Origin: Planctomycetota bacterium
Lineage (GTDB): Bacteria; Planctomycetota; MHYJ01; WSZJ01
Direction: 5' to 3'
Length of the DNA: 64,000 bases
Assembly (NCBI GenBank): GCA_038060895.1
Contig: JBBTCT010000031.1
Coordinates: forward strand, 127,145 to 191,144
In this document: one piece after another, positions 1-9,444 of the stretch
Position numbering within the stretch: the first letter of the stretch is position 1
How the letters are laid out: each line of letters opens with the position of its first letter
The notes under the pieces: generated by a model
What the model was told of the DNA's origin: nothing
Databases searched by the model: none
Seen by the model: the letters and a program-made list of their open reading frames with translations, nothing else
Made by a program: the position numbers and the translations under genes

Positions 1-45
1 GCGGACCTGCTGGAGTGGGTCCTGGAAGAGGTGAATGAGGAGTGA
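1..45 (+). CDS. 3' end of a CDS running in from outside the window
   Basis: Open frame ADLLEWVLEEVNEE ending in TGA at 43-45. Confidence 0.4.
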   Translation, partial: ADLLEWVLEEVNEE

Positions 46-107
46 GGGTGCGGCGGGATTGACGCCGCCCGGATCCGGACGAATCAGCGAAATTGAAGGA
101 GGTGTTC

Positions 108-296
108 ATGCCCGAAGAACCGAAGAGTGACGACGTGCGCGAGCGGGCCCGCGAGCTGTTCGCGGACTGGCGGACGTGGGTGAGTGAAGGGCTGACCCAG
201 GTCGAGACGTTCACGAAGGAAAAACCCGCAGCGGGCCTGGCTCTTTCCTTCCTTGCGGGATTCCTGATTTCGTTCGTGTTCAGGAGGAAATCATGA
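108..296 (+). CDS. Small DUF883/ElaB/YqjD-like tail-anchored membrane protein
   Basis: AGGAGGT RBS before ATG 108; C-terminal 'KEKPAAGLALSFLAGFLISFVFRRK' pattern. Confidence 0.65.
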   Translation: MPEEPKSDDVRERARELFADWRTWVSEGLTQVETFTKEKPAAGLALSFLAGFLISFVFRRKS

Positions 297-592
297 AGTC
301 CCAATTCGAAGGACTCCTGGACCGTACCCTGCAACTCGCCCAGAGTTTTCTCGGCGATGTCGTGGCGGGATCGCTGGAAAAGGCGAAGTGCACGCTGATG
401 CGGAATGCGATGTCGCTCGCGGTCGGGGCGGCCGGCCTGGTGCTCGCGCTCGTCTTCGGCGCCATCGGGTTCAACCGCTGGCTGGAGACGATCATCGATA
501 TGAACCATCGCTGGACGCCGCCCGTGGTCGTCGCGATCGTCTGCGGGGTCATCGGCTTCGCGGCGCTTCGGTGTTCACGCGGGCGCGAATAG
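293..592 (+). CDS. Small two-TM membrane protein (YqjE/holin-X-like)
   Basis: ATGA overlap with upstream gene; two hydrophobic helices; usual partner of DUF883 genes. Confidence 0.55.
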   Translation: MKSQFEGLLDRTLQLAQSFLGDVVAGSLEKAKCTLMRNAMSLAVGAAGLVLALVFGAIGFNRWLETIIDMNHRWTPPVVVAIVCGVIGFAALRCSRGRE

Positions 593-655
593 CGCTGACC
601 GTTCGGGCAGTGAAAGCGGAGCCGTCCCGGACCTGCTCGCAACCCGCCGTCGTAA

Positions 656-868
656 ATGCTCGACGGCGGATACCGCCCGGCTTTCAACGTCAAGGCCCGT
701 GAGATCTACAAGCTCCGTGCGGCAACGGCCGAAACGGTCAACGCAGACCTCAAGTGTTTCAGGGGCCTCGACAGATTCCTCGGGCGAACGCTTCCGAAGG
801 TTACCTGTGTGGCTCGCTGGTCCGTCATCGCCTACGACCTCCTGCGACACCTCAGACTGACCACGTGA
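656..868 (+). pseudogene. Internally deleted IS1182-like transposase remnant
   Basis: Motif DGGYRPAFNV joined directly to IYKLRAATAETVNADLK..RGLDRF..AYDLLR; possible terminal IR TTTCAGCAGGCC at ~881-892. Confidence 0.6.
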
Positions 869-930
869 TCGCTGGCCCTGTTTCAGCAGGCCGTTTTCCC
901 GGAGCGCGTGAAACAAGCGGGCGACGGCGC

Positions 931-990
931 GCGGTCGGGGCTCGCGGCCGGCGTCGAGCCTTACCGACGCCGGTCGTGAGGTCCGACCGC
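931..990 (+). repeat. Intergenic 26-bp-stem hairpin (REP-like)
   Basis: gcggtcggggctcgcggccggcgtcg / cgacgccggtcgtgaggtccgaccgc; most mismatches are G-U compatible. Confidence 0.6.
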
Positions 991-1263
991 CGACGGCGCT
1001 CGATTGTCTCTCGCGCTCCCAATGGACAAAAGCGTTTGCAGAAAAGTCGGTTTCCTCTGAGCGCGAAAAAAATCCTCGTGGGCCGGGCGAAGTCGGCCCT
1101 GGAACCGAGAACGCCTCCGCAACCGTCACAAGTCCGACGTAGCCTGGCCCGCGAGGGTTTGTTTCGCGCTCAGAGTGGATGAGGTTTTTTCATTTCGCGC
1201 GTGCGCAATCCTTGTCGAAGTGGGACTCTGGCGTCGGCTCGGCCCAGGCACGGACCCGGTGAC

Positions 1264-1953
1264 ATGCCCTCCTTCACTCAGCGCTCCCGAAAACTCGAAC
1301 GGATTGACTTCCCGCAACCTCAACACCTGTGGGACGACGCCCTCGTCTTCATCCGGCGGGTCAATCGCTTTCTCGGCGGCACGCGCGCCGTGCTCTGGCA
1401 CTTCCGGCGGTGGAGCCGGTCGTGGAAGCCGGGCGAGCGGATCGTGGTTCTCGACGTCGGCACGGGCGGGGGGGACATTCCTCATGCGCTGGCGAAGTGG
1501 GGACGAAGCGCCGGATTCGATTTGAGGATTGTCGCGCTCGACCGGGCGGCGGAGTGCGTGCGAGCCGCCAAGCTCGGGACGGGTGGCGTGGTCGATATCG
1601 TGCGAGGCGACGCGTTCCGGATGCCCGTTCGAGAGGTCGACTATGTGACGGCGTCGATGCTGTTCCACCACCTTGGCGACGAAGACTGCCTCCGCCTCCT
1701 GAGAATCTTCGGCTCCCTTGCGCGCCGCGGAATCGTCGTCAACGACCTCCTCCGCAGGCGCCGCGCCTGGCTCTGGGCCCGCGCACTGAGCTCGGTCTAC
1801 GGCGAACTCGCCGCGAACGACGCTCCCCTCTCCGTGCTCCGGGGATTCTCCCTTCCGGAAGCGCAGTCGCTCGCCGATGCCTCCGGCCTGACCTGGCTGC
1901 GCCTCGACGAGTTCTTCGGCCACAGGTTTACGCTCGCAGGAGAACGCCCATGA
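1264..1953 (+). CDS. Class I SAM-dependent methyltransferase
   Basis: VLDVGTGGGD SAM motif; FHHL..D; NDLLR; DAPLSVLRGF. Confidence 0.85.
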   Translation: MPSFTQRSRKLERIDFPQPQHLWDDALVFIRRVNRFLGGTRAVLWHFRRWSRSWKPGERIVVLDVGTGGGDIPHALAKWGRSAGFDLRIVALDRAAECVRAAKLGTGGVVDIVRGDAFRMPVREVDYVTASMLFHHLGDEDCLRLLRIFGSLARRGIVVNDLLRRRRAWLWARALSSVYGELAANDAPLSVLRGFSLPEAQSLADASGLTWLRLDEFFGHRFTLAGERP

Positions 1954-2966
1954 GAATCGCCGTCGTGGGCGGAGGGCCGGCAGGAAGCGCCGCCGCAACG
2001 CTGCTGGCGAAGCGCGACCATCGGGTGACGTTGTACGAGCGGTACGAGCGGCCCCGGGAGAGGGTCTGCGGCGAATTCATCTCGGCCGAGGCCCTTCCCG
2101 TCCTCGATGCCATGGGTGTAGGCCCCTGCGGCTGGCCGATCCGGACGGCGCGGGTTTACGGAAAGGGCGGCCGGGAGCTGGAGGCGCCGCTTCCGCGCCC
2201 GGGATCGTTCGGGATGGAACGTGCGGAGCTGGATCCGATGTTGCGCGCGGCGTCGGTGCGTGCCGGCGTGGAGCTGCGCGTGCAGGAAGTCCAGGCGATC
2301 TGCGCTGGAGCGGTGGATGGTGAAGCATTTGATTCGGTCATTGACGCAACAGGCCGGTTTCCGTTGTCGCGTGGCGCGGGGGCGCGGCTGGCAGGCTTCG
2401 GGTACCGCGCCGCATTCGACGGCGGCGTTCCCGCGGACCGCGTCGAGCTGCATCTATTCCCGGGAGGCTACGCGGGGCTGTCCGGTGTCGGGCACGGCCG
2501 GGCAAACGTCTGCATGCTGGCCCCGCGAGACCTTGCGAAGAAGCACGGCGGAGATCTTGACGCAACGTTCGAAGCGGTGCGGGCGTCTTCGGTTTCTCTG
2601 CGGGACCATCTCGGAAGCGCGCCCCGCGTATCGGCGTGGGTATCGACGGGATTCCCCCGTACGCGCTTCGCGGGCTGCCACCGGGACGGAATCTGGTACG
2701 TGGGTGACTCGGCGGGCACGGTGGCGCCGCTGGGGGGCGAGGGAATCGCGATGGCTTTGCGGGGAGGCGCGATCCTGGCGGCCATGTTCGAGCGCGGACC
2801 TGTTGCTTACGAGAGGGCCTGGAGAGCCGAGTTCGGGGCGCGGATGAGATGGTGCCGGGCGCTCTCGGCGCTGGCGGTCAGGCCACGGGCCGCGGCGATG
2901 GGGCTTGCGGTCCTGGGGCGGTTTCCCGGGTTGTTTCGCCGGGTCGTGGCGGCGACTCGCGGGTGA
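1950..2966 (+). CDS. FAD-dependent oxidoreductase (geranylgeranyl reductase-like)
   Basis: ATGA overlap; GGGPAG, CGE, DATG and GDSAGTVAPLGGEGI motifs. Confidence 0.85.
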   Translation: MRIAVVGGGPAGSAAATLLAKRDHRVTLYERYERPRERVCGEFISAEALPVLDAMGVGPCGWPIRTARVYGKGGRELEAPLPRPGSFGMERAELDPMLRAASVRAGVELRVQEVQAICAGAVDGEAFDSVIDATGRFPLSRGAGARLAGFGYRAAFDGGVPADRVELHLFPGGYAGLSGVGHGRANVCMLAPRDLAKKHGGDLDATFEAVRASSVSLRDHLGSAPRVSAWVSTGFPRTRFAGCHRDGIWYVGDSAGTVAPLGGEGIAMALRGGAILAAMFERGPVAYERAWRAEFGARMRWCRALSALAVRPRAAAMGLAVLGRFPGLFRRVVAATRG

Positions 2967-3020
2967 GGATGCGGGGGCCGTGCTCTACCTTTTCCACGGT
3001 TCCCCGACTACTCTCGTCAG

Positions 3021-4472
3021 ATGCCCATGGCGTTCTCCACCGTTCCACCCGCCATCCAGGTCACCGTCGCGATCCTCGCGGCGATCCAGGTTCTCCTCGT
3101 GGTCACCGCGACGGCGCACGCGCTGATGTGGCGGCGCGAACCTCGTGCCGCTGCGCTCTGGATTTCGATCTCGTTGCTGGCGCCGCTCGTCGGGCCGCTC
3201 CTTTACTTCGTGCTCGGAATCAACCGGACGTCGCGCCGGGCGAAGCGGAAGTTCACACACAAACGGGCCATGGATCGCCGCGGCGCTCCCGACGTGGCCG
3301 AACGCGCGCCCTCGGTCGGCGATCTCGAACCCCTGGCACGGCTTGCGGACCGCGTTTGCGTCGAACCCCTGGTCGCCGGGAACCGGATAGAACCGTTGTG
3401 GAATGGCGAAGAGGCCTTTCCCGCGATGCTCGAAGCGATTTCCGGCGCGAAGAAGAGCATCGCCCTCTGCTCTTACATCTTTGACTGCGATGAAACCGGC
3501 CATCAGTTCGCCGACGCACTGGCCGCCGCCGCCGCGCGCGGCGCCGAGGTCAAGCTCCTCGTCGATGCCGTCGGGGCAGGCAGCTCTGTTTCCAGCCTCG
3601 GCCAGTTGTTCCGGAAACGCCGGCTTCAGGTCCGCACATTCGCCCCCATGGGGTTTTCGCCGGCACGCCTGCTTCACTTCAATCTTCGGAATCACCGCAA
3701 GATCCTGGTTGCTGACGGCTCGATCGCCTTCAGCGGCGGCATGAATGTTTCCGCCCGCCACTTCTCCGGTTCCTCCAGGCCAGGCCGTTGCCGCGACCTG
3801 CACTTCCGCATACGCGGCTCCGTCGTCACCCAGGTCATGCGGGCGTTCGCCCAGGACTGGCAGTTTGCCTCCGGCGAATCTCTCGACGGCGACAAGTGGT
3901 TCCCTCCGCCTGCACCGGACGGCGCCACGATGGCACGCGGCATCACTTCGGGCCCGGACCAGGATCTCGAGACAATCTACTGGACGATCATTGGCGCCTG
4001 CTCGGCGGCGAAGAAATCGATACGGATCGTCACCCCGTACTTCATTCCGGAGCAGGGGCTCAAGCACGCCATCATGACCGCGGCGCTCCAGGGAATCGAA
4101 GTCAGGCTGGTGCTGCCGGAAGCAACGGACAATCGCGTGGTCAGCTGGGCGACCCGTGCGTATCTCTGGGAGTTGATCCAGGCCGGCGTCACGGTCATCC
4201 AGACGCCGCCGCCATTCGACCATTCGAAGCTCGTCATTGTCGATGGTCGATGGGTCCTATTTGGCTCCGCCAACCTCGACCCCCGGAGCCTGCGGCTGAA
4301 CTTCGAGTACAACATGGAAGCGTACGATCCGGCGCTGTGCGCGACGCTGGAGTCGCACTTCGATGCGCTTGAGCAGCAGGGAACGAAGGTGACGCTGAAG
4401 GACGTGGACGGGAGGTCGATGCTGGTGCGTCTGAGAGACGGGGCTGCGAAACTGTTTTCGCCCTACCTGTGA
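3021..4472 (+). CDS. cls: Cardiolipin synthase (phospholipase D family)
   Basis: Two N-terminal TMs and two HKD motifs (HRKILVAD, HSKLVIVD). Confidence 0.9.
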   Translation: MPMAFSTVPPAIQVTVAILAAIQVLLVVTATAHALMWRREPRAAALWISISLLAPLVGPLLYFVLGINRTSRRAKRKFTHKRAMDRRGAPDVAERAPSVGDLEPLARLADRVCVEPLVAGNRIEPLWNGEEAFPAMLEAISGAKKSIALCSYIFDCDETGHQFADALAAAAARGAEVKLLVDAVGAGSSVSSLGQLFRKRRLQVRTFAPMGFSPARLLHFNLRNHRKILVADGSIAFSGGMNVSARHFSGSSRPGRCRDLHFRIRGSVVTQVMRAFAQDWQFASGESLDGDKWFPPPAPDGATMARGITSGPDQDLETIYWTIIGACSAAKKSIRIVTPYFIPEQGLKHAIMTAALQGIEVRLVLPEATDNRVVSWATRAYLWELIQAGVTVIQTPPPFDHSKLVIVDGRWVLFGSANLDPRSLRLNFEYNMEAYDPALCATLESHFDALEQQGTKVTLKDVDGRSMLVRLRDGAAKLFSPYL

Positions 4473-4487
4473 TCTTCCGCTCCGCGA

Positions 4488-5546
4488 TCAGACCATCGGA
4501 AGCTCGGCCAGCTTCCCCGCAGGTTCGAATCCCTTCAGCCCGTGCCGGTACAGCTCGGAACGCCACGAGAGCATTCCCTCATCGTCCTCTTCGAGCCGGT
4601 GAACGATAAGGGTGTTCTGCGGGATCCCGTGCCTGACGTGCGTGCCGTCCGCGGGAACACAATCCCGCTGCGTCGTCGACCCGCAGCGCGCTTCCAGCAC
4701 CTGCCCGTGAGCGCAGATCTGCAGGTGACCGCGGGCGCGGTGGACGTGTCCGCACAGGATCACGCGGAAGCCGTGCCTCGGGAGAAACAGGTCGAGCGCC
4801 GCGCGGCTTCGGCGCGCGATTCCCAGGTGGTACCGGTCGATGAACGGCGAGTGATGCATGAGGAGGACGCGGACTTCACCCGGCGCCCGGCGAGGCAGGA
4901 GGACGTCGAGCTCCGCGAGCTGCGAGAGGAAGAAGCCGCGGCCCCAGAATCGGGCGTTACTCCAGGGAGCGACGTCGGCGTCGGAGTCGATCGCCGCGAT
5001 GGTCAGGAGGCGGTCGGCGCGAAGTGGGATTCGGCGAATCCAGGGGAGTCCTGAAAAGTGCTGTTGCAGCGCGCTGGAAGAGCGGCCGAAGACCCCTCCG
5101 GTGCCGGGCCAGTGGTCGTGATTCCCGGGAATTGAGAGGTCCAGCGCCTTCGGGTCGCGGAGCACTTCGGGGAGGATCGCGTGAGCTGCTGCAAACTGCC
5201 GGGGCGCACCCCACGACGTCAGGTCTCCCGAGTGGATCGTGATCGCGCCTTCAGTTTCGCGCAGCCGCGCCGCGAACTCAGCCAGGGCAAGCATCGCCGG
5301 CGTCGAGTGGCTGAGCACGCCGTGCCAGGCCCGCCCGCGGCGCCAGCGGGGCAGAAGCGAAGGGTCAATACGACCGCCGCCGGTGGGGCAGTCCCCTTCG
5401 GCGATATGAGTGTCGGAAATGTGGAGAAGCGTCAGGAGGCGTTTCGTGGCCACAGGAGAGTGGGGTGCAACTGCCGTGCGAGCCCGACGCGCGCCGACTA
5501 CCGTGCGGGATCCCATTATTCGGGATCCGCCGGAGCGCGATTTCAC
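4488..5546 (-). CDS. Metallophosphoesterase (calcineurin-like)
   Basis: HISDTH, GDLT, PGNHD, HH and GHVH motifs. Confidence 0.85.
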   Translation of the reverse strand: MKSRSGGSRIMGSRTVVGARRARTAVAPHSPVATKRLLTLLHISDTHIAEGDCPTGGGRIDPSLLPRWRRGRAWHGVLSHSTPAMLALAEFAARLRETEGAITIHSGDLTSWGAPRQFAAAHAILPEVLRDPKALDLSIPGNHDHWPGTGGVFGRSSSALQQHFSGLPWIRRIPLRADRLLTIAAIDSDADVAPWSNARFWGRGFFLSQLAELDVLLPRRAPGEVRVLLMHHSPFIDRYHLGIARRSRAALDLFLPRHGFRVILCGHVHRARGHLQICAHGQVLEARCGSTTQRDCVPADGTHVRHGIPQNTLIVHRLEEDDEGMLSWRSELYRHGLKGFEPAGKLAELPMV

Positions 5547-5559
5547 TCAAGCAGGGAAG

Positions 5560-5784
5560 ATGCTCCGAATTCTACTGACAGGAATGCTGGCGATCGGGGT
5601 GGCCGGCTGCCATCACGGCAGCGGCAGCGGCACCTTCGGGGCACCCCCGCAGATCTTCTCGTCGTCCCCTCAAAGCGCGGCGCTGGCGCGCCACTTTCCA
5701 TCGGCCGGGCGGGGCTCTTCCCTTCCGGTTTACAAATCGCGCGAACGCGTCGGTCCATGCGTCGAATTTCGCGAGGACCTTTGA
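5560..5784 (+). pseudogene. Probable truncated lipoprotein gene
   Basis: MLRILLTGMLAIGVAGC lipobox followed by a short ORF that runs into the convergent remnant. Confidence 0.3.
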
Positions 5785-6130
5785 ATCCCGCGCGAGGTGC
5801 TCCGCCTGGTTGTCGCTGTACTTCCGGCCTCTTCCGAACTCGACGTACTTCCACAACCGGCTCGGGACCTCAATGCCCCCGTAGCGGCACTGCCAGACGA
5901 GGGGCGCATAGGCGTCGCGCATGTCCTGGAAAGGCTCGTTTTCGGGATTGAACCACGACTTGTGACGCAGCATGGTCGGCCGGCCGGCTTCGTCGATCTC
6001 ATCGCCGCCGCCGTCGCCCTAGCAGAAAAACCCGGCGGTCCGGCCCTCGAGTCGAGTCCCGAGAAATTGAGACGACGGCGATTGGAGCCAGCCACCACGA
6101 GAATGCGAAGCGGACGACGGGACGCCAATC
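5572..6130 (-). pseudogene. Flavodoxin-like/NADPH-dependent FMN reductase remnant
   Basis: N-terminal RPLRILVVAGSNRR in one frame and C-terminal RHKSWFNPENEPF..VWQCRYGGIEVP in another; middle missing. Confidence 0.5.
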
Positions 6131-6394
6131 CTGCCGATTTCGGGAGCGCTGTTTCATCACCGACAAGTCCGCAAAGCACGTGCCCCGCCTCATCGCACAG
6201 GCGAGAGCACGTGGGCAAGATTTGCCGACCCGGTAGATTGTTCCGCCTTCTCCCGGGTGGCGGCCGGCGCCTTCTCTCTGAAGTGCGGACGGCACAGTGG
6301 TTGCGATGCACGCAGGCCAGCGGATGCGCACGACGCGGAACCGCAAATCCCCGCCCTGGTGGCGACGGAATCTACTCTCGACAGAGGAGGTCAC

Positions 6395-6691
6395 ATGTCT
6401 CAGGACAACTACGCAGATCAGCTTCGCCAGAAGGGGTCGCACATCGCCACGGACATCGCCGGGATCGGTTCCGTCCTGAAGGAGGCTGCGTCGGAAAAGC
6501 TGCACTCCATCAAGGACTCGGCCTCGGAGAAGCTGACGGCTCTCAAGGACGGAGCTTCGAGCCGGATCGTGCACACGCGTGACGCGGTCAACGAAGCCGT
6601 CACCGGGTCGCCATGGAAGTCGGCGTTCGTGGCCGCCGGTGTTGGAGCTGGATTGGGGCTCCTCGCAGGGCTGTTCCTCCGCCGCAAGTAG
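6395..6691 (+). CDS. DUF883/ElaB/YqjD-family protein
   Basis: AGGAGG RBS; helical repeats; C-terminal PWKSAFVAAGVGAGLGLLAGLFLRRK. Confidence 0.8.
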   Translation: MSQDNYADQLRQKGSHIATDIAGIGSVLKEAASEKLHSIKDSASEKLTALKDGASSRIVHTRDAVNEAVTGSPWKSAFVAAGVGAGLGLLAGLFLRRK

Positions 6692-6699
6692 CGCGGAGG

Positions 6700-6917
6700 C
6701 TGTAAACCACTCGCACGGCGGTTGCCTGTCGGGAATCGCCGTCGGGTTCGTCGGAGCCCTTCTGGGCACCTGGATCGCACGAGCTTTCGGACTCCCCGAG
6801 ATTTTCATGCTGACCATCGGTGGAGTCGCCATGCCGATCGTCTGGTCCATCATCGGGGCGACTTTGTTCGTCGCCTTGGTCAGCATGCTGGCCGGCCCAA
6901 GAAGGCGAACGGCCTGA
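6700..6917 (+). pseudogene. GlsB/YeaQ/YmgE stress membrane protein, N-terminally truncated
   Basis: GGCLSGIAVGFVGALLGTWIAR..PIVWSIIGATLFV; first TM and start codon are missing. Confidence 0.55.
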
Positions 6918-6931
6918 CTAAGGAGACCCAC

Positions 6932-7081
6932 ATGCTCGAAACAATCATCGTCCTGCTCATCCTTCTGTGGGCAATCGGGATGCTGAGCTCGTACACGCTC
7001 GGAGGCGTCCTCCATCTGCTTCTCCTCGTTGCGCTCATCGTCGTCCTCGTCCGAGTCTTCAGTGGCCGCCGCGTCGTCTAG
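6932..7081 (+). CDS. lmo0937/DUF5670-like small membrane protein
   Basis: AGGAG RBS; MLETIIVLLILLWAIG..GGVLHLLLLVALIVVLVR. Confidence 0.75.
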   Translation: MLETIIVLLILLWAIGMLSSYTLGGVLHLLLLVALIVVLVRVFSGRRVV

Positions 7082-7157
7082 GGCGACCGCGATCGCCGAC
7101 CGCGCCGTCCTTCGTACCTTGATATGCTTCCTCCAGGCTTCTTAGGGGAGAATCAAG

Positions 7158-7928
7158 GTGAAGAGAGCATTGCTTGCCATGCTGGCGCTCGCCGGCGCGG
7201 CCGCCGCCCACCCACACGAGCCCTTCGTCCAGAGAGGGATGTTCGAGGGGTACGACGTCGAGGCGCTGAAAGCGGGCGAGTGGGTCGAGTACGAAGAAGA
7301 AGTCATGGAAGAGCCGTCGCGATGCCGCATGGCGTGCATCGCCGTGAAGGACGGCACGGCCTGGATCGAATTCACCGGCGGCGAGAAGTTGGCTCGGTGG
7401 AGCGGATCGGTCCTGCGGTTGGCAGTGGACCGGAAGTCCCGCCAGGTCACGGAAGCCGTTTGGGGATGGCCCGGAGAGAAGGTCCGGGAAGTGGCTGTCT
7501 ATCCCCTGCGCGAGCCAGCGCCGAAGCCCGAGCCAGATGCCGCGCCGAAGAAGGACGAGACTCCGCCGGCCGCGCCGGAAGAGCCTCCGCGCAAGGGGAA
7601 GGCGGTCGTGGAGGCGGAAGAGGCCGCGGTCGGCGACAAGAAGGTCGCGTGCGAGAAGCTCTCGCTGGACTACACGACCGCCTATCCCACTGGAGAGGCG
7701 CGGTTCATCAGCCGGACCTGGACCTCCGCTTCCGTTCCGTTCCGCTTCAGCCAGAAGGTGGAACACCTGTCGGCCCTTGACTGGAAAGGCAAGCCGTCGT
7801 GGCCCGGCGGGCTGGTGAAGCGGGAAATCGAGAACGCCGCCACGGGGAAGGTGCAGAAGCTGGAGCTCACGGCGTGGGGGACCGACGCGCGCGAGACGCT
7901 CAAGGCGGGGGCGGAGCCGGCGAAATAG
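7158..7928 (+). CDS. Secreted hypothetical protein
   Basis: GGAG RBS, signal peptide, Pro-rich linker. Confidence 0.7.
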   Translation: MKRALLAMLALAGAAAAHPHEPFVQRGMFEGYDVEALKAGEWVEYEEEVMEEPSRCRMACIAVKDGTAWIEFTGGEKLARWSGSVLRLAVDRKSRQVTEAVWGWPGEKVREVAVYPLREPAPKPEPDAAPKKDETPPAAPEEPPRKGKAVVEAEEAAVGDKKVACEKLSLDYTTAYPTGEARFISRTWTSASVPFRFSQKVEHLSALDWKGKPSWPGGLVKREIENAATGKVQKLELTAWGTDARETLKAGAEPAK

Positions 7929-7991
7929 GACAGTGCGCCGGGTCAGCGGGGAGCGGGAGTCGCGCCTTCCTCGTTGTGTGGGTCCCGGCGT

Positions 7992-8270
7992 TCACTTGAG
8001 GAACGAGCGCACGACCGCCACCAGTCCCTCGATCGCGTCGCGCTCCGCGGCCGTCGGCGACCGGCGCTGGTCGATGATGTGCTGCCGAACGTGCCCTTCG
8101 AGAACTTCCGCCATGAGGCCCGTGACGGCGCCGCGGCACGCCGCGATCGTCTGGAGGATGCGGTAGCAATCGTGCGCGTGCGTCCCGAGCTCGCGCTCGA
8201 TGCCGTCGATCTGGCCCCGGATGCGCCGGATGCGGTTGAGGAGTTTCAGGCGGTCGCGACTCGTGTGCAT
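7992..8270 (-). CDS. rcnR: CsoR/RcnR-family metal-sensing repressor
   Basis: LLNRIRRIRGQIDGI, C..ILQTIAACRGA, EGHVRQH. Confidence 0.9.
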   Translation of the reverse strand: MHTSRDRLKLLNRIRRIRGQIDGIERELGTHAHDCYRILQTIAACRGAVTGLMAEVLEGHVRQHIIDQRRSPTAAERDAIEGLVAVVRSFLK

Positions 8271-8306
8271 GGACGCTCCGATACCTGTTGTGCGGGAAGG
8301 TGCGGA

Positions 8307-8326
8307 TACTATACTCACCTATAGTA
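8307..8326. promoter_or_regulatory. Putative RcnR operator
   Basis: AT-rich palindrome TACTATA-ctcacc-TATAGTA between divergent rcnR and rcnA; has the TACT..AGTA ends known for RcnR sites. Confidence 0.7.
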
Positions 8327-8349
8327 CAAACCGGAAGGCGCAAATCCGA

Positions 8350-9429
8350 ATGAACGTCTCGCTCCTCTACTTCCCTTCCGCCATCATGCTCGGCGCGCTT
8401 CACGCCCTCGAGCCCGGGCACGCCAAGACGCTGACGACGGCGTACCTCATCGGCACGAAGGGAACCAAGCGCGACGCCGTGGTGCTCGGCCTGTCGGTCG
8501 CGGTCACGCACAGCATCGTCGTCGTCGCCCTGTCGGCCCTCGCGCTCTGGCTCGGGCGCGAGGCGTTCGAGGACCGCGCCCTGTGGTGGCTGCAGGCAGG
8601 CAGCGGAATCGTGGTGATCTTCCTGGGCCTGTGGCTGGTGTGGCGCCGCTGGCCGCGCGCCCGGCGCGTGGCAGGCCCCGAAGGTCACGCCGGCGCCCAC
8701 GCCCATCACCACCACGCCCCCGATCCCTTCGAGTTCAAGGGCGGATTCGCCGCCGGCCGCCTCTCCATCGTGGACACGGACTCGGGAGAACGCTTCCGCC
8801 TCTCGTTGTCGGCGCCGGCGGCGCTCGAGGAAGTCAACGTGTCGATCGTGCGTCCCGGAAACCGCGTGGAGCATCACGTGCTGGCGCGCGACCCGGCCGA
8901 CCCTTTGCTCTGGAACGGGGAGAAGGCGCCCGAAGAGCCGCACGAGTTCGACGCGATCCTGGAGATGGTCGTGTCGGGGAAGCGCGAAGAGCTTCCGTTC
9001 CGCATGGCGGAGCCTGAAGGGCACGACGATTCGCACGCCGACCTCGACGAGGAGGCCCATGCCCGCGCCCACGCGGCGACGCTTCCGGAGTATGTCCACC
9101 AGGGCCTGCGCCCCACTCTCTGGCAGATCATGGCCTTTGGCGGCGCGGGAGGGATGATTCCCTGCCCGGCGGCGATTTCGGTGATGCTGCTGGCGATTTC
9201 GATCGGCAAGACTGCCAACGGCCTGCTGCTCGTCCTTGGATTCAGCATCGGGCTGGCGCTCACGCTGGTTTCCATCGGTCTGGCCGTCGTGATCGGACTG
9301 AAGGCGATCGGCTCGACCGGCAGGTTCACCTGGCTGTCGGCCCGGGCCGGCATCGTCAGCGCTTCGGTCGTCGTGCTGTCCGGCATTGCGTCGTTGGTCG
9401 TCGCATTCGTCGGTTCCCACCACCACTGA
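8350..9429 (+). CDS. rcnA: Nickel/cobalt efflux protein RcnA (NcrC/NirC-like, with a soluble insert)
   Basis: GALHALEPGHAKT, His-rich loops, GMIPCPAA. Confidence 0.88.
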   Translation: MNVSLLYFPSAIMLGALHALEPGHAKTLTTAYLIGTKGTKRDAVVLGLSVAVTHSIVVVALSALALWLGREAFEDRALWWLQAGSGIVVIFLGLWLVWRRWPRARRVAGPEGHAGAHAHHHHAPDPFEFKGGFAAGRLSIVDTDSGERFRLSLSAPAALEEVNVSIVRPGNRVEHHVLARDPADPLLWNGEKAPEEPHEFDAILEMVVSGKREELPFRMAEPEGHDDSHADLDEEAHARAHAATLPEYVHQGLRPTLWQIMAFGGAGGMIPCPAAISVMLLAISIGKTANGLLLVLGFSIGLALTLVSIGLAVVIGLKAIGSTGRFTWLSARAGIVSASVVVLSGIASLVVAFVGSHHH

Positions 9430-9444
9430 GCGGAGATTGACGCC

